A model generated the notes under the pieces. It saw only the letters and a list, made by a program, of their open reading frames with translations. It was not told the origin of the DNA and searched no databases. A stretch of 64,000 nt of DNA from Herbiconiux sp. (lineage in GTDB: Bacteria > Actinomycetota > Actinomycetes > Actinomycetales > Microbacteriaceae), in NCBI RefSeq assembly GCF_023264895.1, contig NZ_JAHFUY010000019.1, forward strand, positions 25,013-89,012, given 5' to 3'. Each line of letters begins with the position of its first letter. The stretch's first letter is position 1. Below, one piece after another: positions 52,993 to 61,912 of this stretch. The position numbers and the translations under genes were made by a program.

Positions 52993-53568
52993 ATGACCCT
53001 CCTGACCGTGTGGAACGACAACGACCCCTCGACGCCCGAGCTGCAGACTCGCGACTTCGACACCATCCATGACGTGCTGGCCGGCCTCGGCGCCCGCTTC
53101 AGCCGATGGGAGCTCAAGGAGCTGCCCGAGAACGCCACGCAGGAGCAGGTGCTCGAGCTCTACCGCGCCGAGATCGACGCCGTGAACGCCGAGCACGGCT
53201 ACACCCTCGTCGACGTGGTGACGATCGAGCGGGAGGACACCGAGGAGTACCGTGCGCAGGCCGATGCCGCGCGCCAGAAGTTCCTCAACGAGCACCAGCA
53301 CGACGACGACGAGGACCGCTTCTTCGCGAGCGGATCCGGTGTCTTCTACCTGCACGTCGGCGGCAAGGTGCACGCCGTGTTCTGCGAGGCCGGAGACCTG
53401 CTCTCGGTGCCGAAGGACACGACGCACTGGTTCGACATGGGCACGAACCCCGAGTACGTCTCGGTGCGCTTCTTCCACGACGACGACGGCTGGGTGGGCA
53501 ACTTCACCGGCAGCGACGTCTCGAGCCGCTTCGCCACCTACGACGAGCTGGCCTCGGTCTCGGCCTAG
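52993..53568 (+). CDS. mtnD: acireductone dioxygenase (ARD)
   Basis: Shows the cupin metal motif EHQHDDDEDRFF and THWFDMG. 191 aa. Confidence 0.85.
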   Translation: MTLLTVWNDNDPSTPELQTRDFDTIHDVLAGLGARFSRWELKELPENATQEQVLELYRAEIDAVNAEHGYTLVDVVTIEREDTEEYRAQADAARQKFLNEHQHDDDEDRFFASGSGVFYLHVGGKVHAVFCEAGDLLSVPKDTTHWFDMGTNPEYVSVRFFHDDDGWVGNFTGSDVSSRFATYDELASVSA

Positions 53569-53576
53569 CGCCGAAT

Positions 53577-53649
53577 CCCTCCCACGAGTGGGCAGTTGAT
53601 GCTCAGGTGGCCGACTCTGAGCAGCCGAAGTCGCCCACTCGTGGGAGGG
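53577..53649. repeat. REP-like palindromic element, copy 2 (17-bp perfect arms CCCTCCCACGAGTGGGC / GCCCACTCGTGGGAGGG with inner GCTCAG/CTGAGC hairpin)
   Basis: Read directly. Fills the gap between the convergent mtnD and VIT genes. Shares the 15-nt core with 24027-24041. Confidence 0.75.
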
Positions 53650-53650
53650 G

Positions 53651-54874
53651 TCAGCCCAGGGAGGCGCCGAAGAGGAGGCCCAGGAGGTAGGTGACGGCCG
53701 CGGCGCCGTAGCCGATCGCGAGCTGGCGGAGGGCTCTGCGAAGGGGCGGGCCGCCCGAGAGCAGGCCCACCACGGCTCCCGTGCCGAGCAGGGCGAGGCC
53801 CACGAGAGCGGATGCCACGAGCACCGCGGGCAGGCCGGTCAGCCCGAACAGGTAGGGCAGCACCGGGATGATCGCCCCCGACGCGAAGAAGCAGAACGAC
53901 GAGAACGCGGCCTGCCAGGCGGTGCCGATCTCCTCGTGCTCGTCGGAGGCGAGGCTGAGGGAGCCCGTGCCCGTGCCGAGCGCACCTCCGCCTCCGGCCG
54001 GCCCCTCGCTCCCCGGGGCCGTGACGCCGGCGTCGCCCGCCCGCGGCAGCCGGATGGCCGAGGTCGCGGTCGTGAGACCGCCGAAGACGTCGAGCGCTCG
54101 CGCCTCCGCCGCCTCCTGGCTCATGCCGCGCGCCCGGTAGACGAGGGCGAGCTCGTTGGCGTCGACGTCGAGCAGCGGTACCGCCGTGCTCGCCGAGGGG
54201 TCGGGCGTCGACGCGGCCAGCAGCTCCCGCTGGGAGCGCACCGACACGAACTCGCCCGCGCCCATCGAGAGCGCGCCCGCGAGGAGGCCCGCCACCCCCG
54301 TGGCGAGCACGACGCTCGCGGGCACGCCCGTGGCGCCGATGCCGAGCACGAGGGCGAGGTTGGAGACGAGTCCGTCGTTGGCGCCGAAGACCGCTGCCCG
54401 GAAGGTGCCCGAGAGGCGGCTGCGGCCCTTCGCGGCCAGCCCGCGCACGACCTCGCCGTGGATGCGTTCGTCGGCCGCCATCGCAGCGGTCGCGTCGTCG
54501 TCGGTGTCGTAGGGCGAGCGGGCCTCGGCGCGCTGCATGAGGGCGAGCACGAACACCGACCCGAAGCGCCGGGCGAAGACGCCGAGCAGACGCGTGCGGA
54601 TGTCGGCGCGGCGGGGCTTGCCCACGTCGTCGCCGAGGAGCTCCAGCCAGTGCGACTCGTGCCGCCCCTCCGCGTCGGCGAGCGCCTCGAGGATGGCGCG
54701 CTCGGAGCCCGTGCGCCGCTGCGCCAGCTCGCGGTACACCTGGGCCTCGGCGCGCTCGTCGGCGAGGTACTGCCGCCACCGGCGGAGGTCGGCGGGCGTC
54801 GGCCCGGAGGCAGACGAGGGCCCGGAAGCGCGCGAGGGCCCGGAAGCGGGCGCGGAGGAAGAAGGAGACGTCAT
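53651..54874 (-). CDS. ferritin-like domain fused to VIT1/CCC1 family iron/manganese transporter
   Basis: Ferritin-like part: ERAEAQVYRELA...EGRHESHW. VIT part: FGANDGLVSNLALVLGI and C-terminal transmembrane segments. Confidence 0.85.
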   Translation of the reverse strand: MTSPSSSAPASGPSRASGPSSASGPTPADLRRWRQYLADERAEAQVYRELAQRRTGSERAILEALADAEGRHESHWLELLGDDVGKPRRADIRTRLLGVFARRFGSVFVLALMQRAEARSPYDTDDDATAAMAADERIHGEVVRGLAAKGRSRLSGTFRAAVFGANDGLVSNLALVLGIGATGVPASVVLATGVAGLLAGALSMGAGEFVSVRSQRELLAASTPDPSASTAVPLLDVDANELALVYRARGMSQEAAEARALDVFGGLTTATSAIRLPRAGDAGVTAPGSEGPAGGGGALGTGTGSLSLASDEHEEIGTAWQAAFSSFCFFASGAIIPVLPYLFGLTGLPAVLVASALVGLALLGTGAVVGLLSGGPPLRRALRQLAIGYGAAAVTYLLGLLFGASLG

Positions 54875-55014
54875 GGGGATCCCCACCATCCTGGCAGTCT
54901 CCGTGCACCCCTCAGGCCCCGGATGCCGCGACTCCCAGAATTTCGAGCTCCCGAAACGACCTCACCCGGGCCCCGCGCCAGTCCGGGCCACCCGCCCCTC
55001 GGCACCCCCGGCCA

Positions 55015-55071
55015 CGAACCGGCAGTTCGTCCCGCTCAGCGCGCTCCAAAGCGGGACGAACTGCCGGTTCG
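55015..55071. terminator. 22-bp perfect inverted repeat (CGAACCGGCAGTTCGTCCCGCT / AGCGGGACGAACTGCCGGTTCG, 13-nt loop)
   Basis: Read directly. Lies 48 nt downstream of the last gene of the Ter-linked operon on the minus strand. Confidence 0.5.
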
Positions 55072-55118
55072 ACGGCGGGAAGGGAGGAAGGGCGCGGAAG
55101 GTGCGGCGGGTGGGGGCT

Positions 55119-55922
55119 CTACGCGCGGGCCGCGGCCTGCAGGAGGTGCAGCAGCTCCTCGCCTGCGAGGATGCCGCGGAGGGTCGTCACCTCGAGGTTG
55201 CCCGCCCGGTACTCCGCATCGTGGAGCTCGCCGTGTGCGGGGCGGAAGGCGGCATCCGCACCCTCGAGCATGGGCTGGTCGAGCAGCGAGTCGCCCGCCG
55301 CCAGGATGCACGGGCCACCGAGCCGCCTCGCGACCTCGGTGACCGCCTCGCGCTTCGTGAGCACCTTCGGCACGCAGTAGAGCTTCCGCCCCTGCACCGA
55401 GACCGACCAGCCGAACGCCTCGCAGGTGAGCCGCAGCTCCTCGAGCCACTCGCCCGGCATGAGGTCGCGGTCGACGATCGAGTAGACGAAGAGGTCGTCG
55501 GCGATGTTGGTCTTGAGGATCCAGGCCGCCGCCGCGAGGTCGCCGAAGAGCGCGTGCACCTCGGCGAGCGGCGCGCTCTCGGCCGCGAGCCGTGCCCGCA
55601 CGCCGTCGCCCCAGTCGGCGTCGCGCTCGCCGTCGACGAGGATCTCGCCGCCGTTGCTCGTGACCGCGAACCGGGGTGCGGCGCCGAGCTGCACGCGCCG
55701 GTACTGCGCGATGGTGCGGGTGGTCACGGGCACGAACTCCGCCTCCTCGCGGAGAGCGGCGAGGAGGCGCTCGGACTCGCGCGTCATGAACGAGATCGGC
55801 ACCCCGTTCCAGAGCTCGGAGACCACGATCGACGGCGCGAGGTCGTCCGGCGTCTCGAGCCAGAAGGCCTTGGGCGAGTAGATGAGCGTGCGGTCGAGGT
55901 CGCACGCGACCAGCGGCCTCAC
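55119..55922 (-). CDS. HAD-superfamily phosphatase (Ter-associated type)
   Basis: Shows VACDLDRTLIY (DxD motif) and ...LAAGDSLLDQPM.... The GTG at 55922 overlaps the upstream stop (GTGA). Confidence 0.8.
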   Translation of the reverse strand: MRPLVACDLDRTLIYSPKAFWLETPDDLAPSIVVSELWNGVPISFMTRESERLLAALREEAEFVPVTTRTIAQYRRVQLGAAPRFAVTSNGGEILVDGERDADWGDGVRARLAAESAPLAEVHALFGDLAAAAWILKTNIADDLFVYSIVDRDLMPGEWLEELRLTCEAFGWSVSVQGRKLYCVPKVLTKREAVTEVARRLGGPCILAAGDSLLDQPMLEGADAAFRPAHGELHDAEYRAGNLEVTTLRGILAGEELLHLLQAAARA

Positions 55923-57076
55923 TGCTCGCTCCCCGCGGGCGCGCCGGCGACCGGGTGGATGAGGCCCACGCAGCTGTACGGCAGCTCCGGCACGTACTCC
56001 ACGGGCACCCCGCGCTGCTCGGCGAGCAGCAGCACGTGGGCCACGTCGTCGAGGGCGTCTGGCCGCACGAGCACCTTCCACGGCACGCGCCGGAGGAGCA
56101 CCCGCGTGGTCTCGCCGACGCCCGGCTTCACGAGGTTGATGCTCTCGATGCCGTAGGCCTGCCGGATGCGCTCGACGGCCTCCCAGCCGGCCCAGGTGGG
56201 CGTGCGGTCCTCGGCGAGGGCGGTCTCGACCTCGCGGGCGACCTCCTCCTGCACGTCGTCGAAGTGCGCGCAGACGGTGTCGAGCAGCTGCTCCGAGACG
56301 TCGTGGCCGGCGAGCTCCCGGTAGAACTTGGCGCCGTGGAACTGGTCGTCGGCGATCAGGTCGCGGTTGTAGACCGTGCGGGAGACGAGGCCGGAGACCG
56401 TCGAGTTGAGGCACGCGGAGGGGATGAGGTAGTCGTCGCGGGTGCCGAAGATGCGCACGCAGTGGCCAGGATCGGCGAGCACCGCGAGGTCGTCGGGAAA
56501 GCGCACGCCCTCGGTCTGCGCGTGCAGCTCGAGCGCGGCGGTGAGCTCGCGCGCGATCGCGCCCTTGCCCGTCCAGCCGTCGACGAAGGCCACCCGGGCG
56601 GGGTCGTGATGGGCGGCGAGATAGCGCAGCGCCGTACGGTCGACCCCCACGCCGCGCACGATGCTCATCGTGTAGTGCGGGGCGTCGACCCCGCGCATCC
56701 GCTTCGCCCAGCGGCGCATCAGGATGCCGATGGGGGTGCCGGCGCGGGCGAGCGAGACGAGCACGGGCGCGTTCCCGCGCTCGGCGAGCACGAGGTCCGT
56801 GACAACACCCACCGCCACCGCGAGGCGCCGGCTCGAGCGGGCGAGAGCGTCGCGGTAGAGCTCCTCGTACTCGGGCGAGGGCAGGTACTCGATCGGCAGC
56901 GATTCGGCGTAGTGCGCCTGACCGCTCTGGATGGCCTGCTCGCGCTCGGCGGCGGGCGCCTCGAGCACGGTGTCGCCGAGGTCGGTGAGCAGCCACTCGA
57001 CGTCGTCGGCCGAGTAGGAGCCGAAGGCCGGGCCGGTGAGCGGCTGGGGGAGGGCCGGTGCGGGGGCATCGGTCAT
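55919..57076 (-). CDS. Ter-associated phosphoribosyltransferase-like protein (PRTase_1 type; I believe NCBI labels this family cysteine protease StiP)
   Basis: Shows a PRPP-loop-like motif RVAFVDGWTGKGAI. The ATG at 57076 overlaps the upstream stop (ATGA). The family name is recalled from memory and was not searched. Confidence 0.7.
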   Translation of the reverse strand: MTDAPAPALPQPLTGPAFGSYSADDVEWLLTDLGDTVLEAPAAEREQAIQSGQAHYAESLPIEYLPSPEYEELYRDALARSSRRLAVAVGVVTDLVLAERGNAPVLVSLARAGTPIGILMRRWAKRMRGVDAPHYTMSIVRGVGVDRTALRYLAAHHDPARVAFVDGWTGKGAIARELTAALELHAQTEGVRFPDDLAVLADPGHCVRIFGTRDDYLIPSACLNSTVSGLVSRTVYNRDLIADDQFHGAKFYRELAGHDVSEQLLDTVCAHFDDVQEEVAREVETALAEDRTPTWAGWEAVERIRQAYGIESINLVKPGVGETTRVLLRRVPWKVLVRPDALDDVAHVLLLAEQRGVPVEYVPELPYSCVGLIHPVAGAPAGSEQ

Positions 57077-58722
57077 GCGGAGGTGGTCCGTTCGTTCGGG
57101 CGGTCGAGGGCGTAGGGACGGGTGGGATGCTGCACGGCGGATGCGGATGCGGCGGGTGCGGTGGATGTGCCGGACGCGGATGCGGGTGCGGCGGGCCGGC
57201 TCTCGGGCAGGAGGGCCACCACCACGCGGTCGGTGACCCGGCGGAGGGCCTCCACGGCGCCACCGGGGGCGAGGAGCAGCTCGCGGTCGACCCCGGGCTC
57301 CGGGAAGAGCACGATGGCGCCGAAGCGCGTGCCGGCGCGGGTGAGGTTGTAGGCGAAGCGGGGGCCGGGGCCGTCGAGCGTCGCGTCGTGGCTCGTGAAG
57401 GCGATGGCCGACGCGATGGCGTAGTCGGGGCGGTCGGTCGCGGCGATGGGGGAGCGGGTGGTGGTGGAGAAGCGCACCCCGCCCACCAGGCGGTCGAGCT
57501 CGGCGGCCACGGTGAGCGGCACCGCGATGAACTCCTCCGAGCCGACCACGAGCACAGTGGTCACATCGGCATCGCCACCCGCACCCGGCAGGGCCGAGCG
57601 GATGCGCCGTGCGACATCTGCAGCGAAGGCGGTGTCGAGGCGGCCGTCGACCCCGAATCGCGCACTCCGCACCGGTGCGACGTCGAGCTCCAGCGTCACG
57701 ACCTCACCGAACGCCATCGCCGCCGCATCCGCATCCGCCGCCGCATCCGCATCCGGGACCGGCGACAGCGCCGGCAGCGCGTCGATCACCGCACGGGCAC
57801 GCTGCAGCACATCCGCCGGCAGCGCGATCGAGCCGACCCCCAGCGCCACGACCGTGATGCGGGTGCCGAGCTCCGCGGCGAGCCCGTCCAGGGCGGCGCG
57901 GTCGGCCGCCGAGCGCAGGTCGATGAGCGAGGCCACCACCCAGTGCTCCTGCGGGGAGTCGTGGTGGAGCGCGGTGATCGTGTTGCGCACCGTGCGGCCC
58001 GTGCTCAGCTCGTCGTCGACGAGCACGGTCGTGCCGCCGGCCGGCAGCCACGACGCACCCGTGCCGAAGCGAGCGGGGTCGGGATAGAGCCGGTGGTCGC
58101 TCGCGTGCGAGTGCTCCTCCTCGAACGCGGTGAAGTGCGCGCCGGGCACGTCGTGCCGGGTGGAGTGCAGGTAGGGCGAGCCGAGGGCGTCGCCCACGAG
58201 GTGCCCGAGCCCGGTGGCGGTCTCGGCGTAGCCGATCGTCACGACCTCCGGATGCGACGTGCCGGCTCCCGCGCGGTGCAGCAGTTCGACGAGGCCGTCG
58301 AGCTCGGCCCGCTCGTCGGCGCTCAGGGGGCCGGTGGAGGCGAGCAGGCGGCCGAACGTCTCGAAGGGAGTCGGGTCGAGCGGATCCCGAGCCGCCTCGA
58401 CAACCCCCGCACCGGTCCCTTCGACCTCCGTCCGCACGAGCAGCCCCAGCAGCCCGCCCGCCGCGACCGCGAGCCCCGGCACGGTCGGCACGTGCTTGGC
58501 CAGGACCGTCGACACGAGCAGCTGCGCCCGCTTGGGGTTGTCTCGGAGCGCGAGCCCCACGAGCGCCTCGAGCGGAACGAGGCTCCGCGACGCATCCGTC
58601 TGCACCGAGATGCCCACGGCCTCCTGCACGAAACCACCGGTCCAGACGCGGCTACGCGCATCCGCGTGCGCATCCGCACTCGCCTCCGCATCCGGAGCCG
58701 GCAGGCCGGGCAGACGGCTCAC
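57073..58722 (-). CDS. phosphoribosyltransferase domain protein with C-terminal extension (PRTase_2 + TRSP-like architecture)
   Basis: Classic PRPP-binding motif TTVLVDDELSTGRTV. The GTG at 58722 overlaps the upstream stop (GTGA). The ORF-track start at 59136 lies inside the lyase gene. Confidence 0.8.
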   Translation of the reverse strand: MSRLPGLPAPDAEASADAHADARSRVWTGGFVQEAVGISVQTDASRSLVPLEALVGLALRDNPKRAQLLVSTVLAKHVPTVPGLAVAAGGLLGLLVRTEVEGTGAGVVEAARDPLDPTPFETFGRLLASTGPLSADERAELDGLVELLHRAGAGTSHPEVVTIGYAETATGLGHLVGDALGSPYLHSTRHDVPGAHFTAFEEEHSHASDHRLYPDPARFGTGASWLPAGGTTVLVDDELSTGRTVRNTITALHHDSPQEHWVVASLIDLRSAADRAALDGLAAELGTRITVVALGVGSIALPADVLQRARAVIDALPALSPVPDADAAADADAAAMAFGEVVTLELDVAPVRSARFGVDGRLDTAFAADVARRIRSALPGAGGDADVTTVLVVGSEEFIAVPLTVAAELDRLVGGVRFSTTTRSPIAATDRPDYAIASAIAFTSHDATLDGPGPRFAYNLTRAGTRFGAIVLFPEPGVDRELLLAPGGAVEALRRVTDRVVVALLPESRPAAPASASGTSTAPAASASAVQHPTRPYALDRPNERTTSA

Positions 58723-59912
58723 CGCATGCTCGTCTCGAGGAGGTCGACGAAGGTGGTCTCCTCGGCGGCGACCCCGAAGGCCTCGGCCCGCAGCAGCGTC
58801 TTGCGGGCCCACGCCTGGTGCGGCTTCATCTCGTTCATCTTGTTGCGGTACGGCGACGCGGTGGCCCCGCCACCCGGGCCGTCGGCGATCGCCAGCGCGT
58901 CGAGGTACTCCTCGTGGCTGACCACCGAGAGCGCGTGCACGACCGGCACATGGGTGGGGTGGATGACCGTCTTGCCGAGCAGCCCGTTGGCCTGGTCGAG
59001 CGAGATCTCGCGGATGAGCCCGTCGAGGCCGGCGAGCACGAGCCGCTGCCGCAGCTTCTTCTCGTTGGCCTCGGCGAACGGTGTCATGCGGAGCTGTGGT
59101 CGCAGCAGGCGCTCGGCGGTCTGGAAGTGCTCCCACACGGGCCCCGTGATCACGAAGTCGTCGGCGGGCCGGCCGAACACGTTCACGATCTCGGCGATCA
59201 CGAACGACACGAGCGTGACGTCGTAGACCGTGAGGTCGCGGGAGCGCCGGAGCCCGAACGCGCTCGAGAGGTCGGTGGCGCCGATCCGCACCGCGAGCAC
59301 GTCGTCGCGGTGCGCCTTCGTGACGTCGACGATGCCCTGCATCGCGCGGTCGCGGGTCTCGGCGTGGATCATGGCGGGCGACTCGAGGATCGGCATGACC
59401 CTCAGCCGCCGCCCGCCGCTCTCACCCGACTGGCCGAACTCGGCGTGGATGTCGTGCAGCGCGTCGAAGAACTCCTGCGCGTAGCCGTCCTCGTTCTGGT
59501 ACTTCGGGATGACGAAGCCGCTCAGCAGGTCGAGACCGGCTCCGCAGAGATCGGCCATCCGCCGCATCTGGTCGGCCGATCGCACCCGGATGAACAGCAG
59601 GGGCAGCACGGGCGGCTCGTCGCTCGCCGCGAGCCGGGCGAGCACCGAGAGGGCCGCGGCCACGTTGGCCTCGGCGAACTCCACCACGTCGTCGGCGATC
59701 GAGTCCTCGAGGCAGAGCACCATGCTGAAGCAGCCGTAGGCGCCCTGCTTGACGACGTCGGCGACGAGGGTGGGCCGGGTGCCCGGGCTGTAGAGCGTGC
59801 CGCCGAGGGCGGAGGCGAGCAGCGCCGGAGGCGAGTCGACCTGGAGGTCGGCGGGCTGGCGGTGGAAGAGGCGGGCTGTCTCGTCCGGGTCGACGAAGCT
59901 GAAGTGGCGCAC
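58719..59912 (-). CDS. HpcH/HpaI aldolase / citrate-lyase-beta-like TIM-barrel C-C bond lyase (Ter-associated type)
   Basis: Shows LCLEDS, ILESPAMI and RIGATDLS, resembling CitE/HpcH active-site strands. The GTG start at 59912 lies 1 nt after the upstream stop. Confidence 0.75.
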   Translation of the reverse strand: MRHFSFVDPDETARLFHRQPADLQVDSPPALLASALGGTLYSPGTRPTLVADVVKQGAYGCFSMVLCLEDSIADDVVEFAEANVAAALSVLARLAASDEPPVLPLLFIRVRSADQMRRMADLCGAGLDLLSGFVIPKYQNEDGYAQEFFDALHDIHAEFGQSGESGGRRLRVMPILESPAMIHAETRDRAMQGIVDVTKAHRDDVLAVRIGATDLSSAFGLRRSRDLTVYDVTLVSFVIAEIVNVFGRPADDFVITGPVWEHFQTAERLLRPQLRMTPFAEANEKKLRQRLVLAGLDGLIREISLDQANGLLGKTVIHPTHVPVVHALSVVSHEEYLDALAIADGPGGGATASPYRNKMNEMKPHQAWARKTLLRAEAFGVAAEETTFVDLLETSMR

Positions 59913-59913
59913 G

Positions 59914-60738
59914 TCAGCTCGTCCGCGACCGACGAGGTGCCACCGAGGTGGTGGGAACGAAGCCGAACTGACGCAGCACGGCCTCGAGCGGCAGCGGCTC
60001 GTCGAGCGGTTCTGCGCGCAGCTCGAGCACACCGTCGATGCGCAGCAGCGAGAGCACGACCGGATGCGCGGGGTCGCCCGGGTGCACCGTGAAGCTCTCG
60101 TCGTCGAACAGCTGCACGCCGAGAGGGGCGCCGCTGCCCACGAAGAGCGCGCGCCGGAGCGAACGCACGTGCCGGAGGGCGACGACCGCATCGCCCTCGT
60201 CGAAGCCCACGAGGGGACGGTTGCCGGGTGTGACGACGGGTGTGCCCTGGGCGGTACCGTCGAGCGTGAGCGATCCGGTCACGAGATCCGTCGACTCCCA
60301 CGCCGCGGCCGTGGCCCCGGAGACGATGAGGCTGCCGATGGCCGACTGTCGGGCGTCGAGCCGCAGCACGGGCTCGTCGGGGCCCAGCTCGCGCACGTCG
60401 TGGGCCGTGGGCGCGGGGAACGGCTGCGGGCCACGGGGGCGGGTGGTGACGGGGGCTGAGGGTGTAGGGGCGCTGGAGCCGCCGCCCAGATCGAGCCCGA
60501 CCGACGGAGCCGGGCGGCTCGCGGGAACGGGAACGGGAGCAGGAGCGGCAGGAGCGGACCGCCCCCCACCCAGGTCGAGCCCGGTGGAGGCCGGAGCGGA
60601 GGGCGCAGGAGCCGCCGCCGCGGGCACAGGCGGCGCGACACTCGCCGCCGCAGCCGGCTCCGCCACGACCGCACGCGGCTTGAGGCGCCGGCGCATGAAG
60701 ACGAGATCCGCCCGCTCAGGCGAGGTGTTGCGCGGCAC
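59914..60738 (-). CDS. hypothetical protein: Pro/Ala-rich N-terminal region with GLDLGGG(R/S)SAP repeat plus a C-terminal beta-rich domain that looks like a degenerate TerD fold
   Basis: The GTG start lies 3 nt after the TerD stop. The C-terminal ~150 aa align by eye with the TerD strand pattern but lack the acidic Ca-binding GDNxTGxGxGDDE segment. An alternative ATG start lies at 60696. Confidence 0.6.
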   Translation of the reverse strand: MPRNTSPERADLVFMRRRLKPRAVVAEPAAAASVAPPVPAAAAPAPSAPASTGLDLGGGRSAPAAPAPVPVPASRPAPSVGLDLGGGSSAPTPSAPVTTRPRGPQPFPAPTAHDVRELGPDEPVLRLDARQSAIGSLIVSGATAAAWESTDLVTGSLTLDGTAQGTPVVTPGNRPLVGFDEGDAVVALRHVRSLRRALFVGSGAPLGVQLFDDESFTVHPGDPAHPVVLSLLRIDGVLELRAEPLDEPLPLEAVLRQFGFVPTTSVAPRRSRTS

Positions 60739-60741
60739 GGC

Positions 60742-61293
60742 TCAGACGTCGATTCGGAAGTCGGAGGCGATGCCCGCGAGCCCGGACGAGTAGCCCTGCC
60801 CGAGGGCCCGGAACTTCCAGTCGTCGCGGTGCCGGTAGAGCTCGGCGAGCAGGAGCGCGCGCGTGCTGCGTGCCTCGGCCAGCGGCACGTCGAACCGCAC
60901 GAGCTCACGGCCGTCCGGGGTCGACACCTTTACCGAGGCGGAGCGCACGGGCGAGAAGTCACCTGGCCCCCGCACATCCGGATCGACGTAGACGAAGAAC
61001 GCGATCTTCGCGACCTCGGCGGGGATGCGCGAGAGGTCGACGTCGATCTCCTCGTCGTCGGCCTCCGAGGCGAACGACACCGAACCGTCGTCGCTCACGA
61101 TCTGGTTGAAGAACACGAGGTGGTCGTCGCTCAGCGCCTTGCCGTCGTCGCCGCAGAGCACGGCGATCGGCACGAGCTCGGTCTGCGGGCCGCGGCTCGG
61201 GATGATGTCCCAGCTGAAGCCGACCATCACCGAGGTGAGCCCGGGGTTCTCGGCGGTGAGCGCGGCGTTGGCGCCCGCGACGAGCGAGGCCAT
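60742..61293 (-). CDS. TerD family protein (divergent)
   Basis: Shows VGFSWD...LVFFNQ...DDEEIDVDL...LYRHRDDWKFRALGQGYSSGLAGIASDF. The start shares 1 nt with the upstream stop (TGATG). Confidence 0.85.
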   Translation of the reverse strand: MASLVAGANAALTAENPGLTSVMVGFSWDIIPSRGPQTELVPIAVLCGDDGKALSDDHLVFFNQIVSDDGSVSFASEADDEEIDVDLSRIPAEVAKIAFFVYVDPDVRGPGDFSPVRSASVKVSTPDGRELVRFDVPLAEARSTRALLLAELYRHRDDWKFRALGQGYSSGLAGIASDFRIDV

Positions 61294-61871
61294 CAGCGGC
61301 CGCCCAGCACGAGGCCCTCGTCGGGCGTCTGGAACTTGTCGGCGAGGAAGCGGCCGTGGGTGGAGAGCTCGGCGATCGCGCCGATGCGGATCTGGTTGAG
61401 CAGGTCGTGGATCGTCTCCTCGATCAGCTCGAGCTGCCGGGCGAAGAGCTCGGTGCCGCGCGACTCGTCGACCCGGTCGGAGGCGGGCAGCGCGAGGAAG
61501 GCGCGGAGCGGGGTGCTGATGTAGTCGGTGATCATGGCCTCCAGCAGCACGCGCTGCTCGGTCGAGGCATCCTGAGCCGCGATGGTCGCCACGACCACGC
61601 GCAGCAGATCGTCGATCTGCCGGAGGCGGGACGACACGATGGCGGGGAGCTCCCGGCCCGCGCGGCGCTCGAGGTCGCGCAGGTCGTCGAGCTCGCGCGC
61701 GCTGCGCTCGTCGTCGGACTCGTTCGCCGGCGGGCGCGAGCGGCGCACGCCGTCGACACCGGGGGTGCCGGCGGCGAGGGCCTCCGCGTGCTCGTCGCCC
61801 GTGGGCCGCACGTGCTCCGCCGGAGGGGTCGCGCCGTTGAGGATGGAATTGACCAGTCGTCCTAGCGCCAT
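61293..61871 (-). CDS. hypothetical helical protein (192 aa) between TelA and TerD
   Basis: Good coding periodicity and coupling to the downstream TerD. No motif I can assign. No transmembrane segment. Confidence 0.6.
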   Translation of the reverse strand: MALGRLVNSILNGATPPAEHVRPTGDEHAEALAAGTPGVDGVRRSRPPANESDDERSARELDDLRDLERRAGRELPAIVSSRLRQIDDLLRVVVATIAAQDASTEQRVLLEAMITDYISTPLRAFLALPASDRVDESRGTELFARQLELIEETIHDLLNQIRIGAIAELSTHGRFLADKFQTPDEGLVLGGR

Positions 61872-61912
61872 GATCGTCCTTCAGTCGTTCTCGGGATCCA
61901 GCGGGTCGCGGG

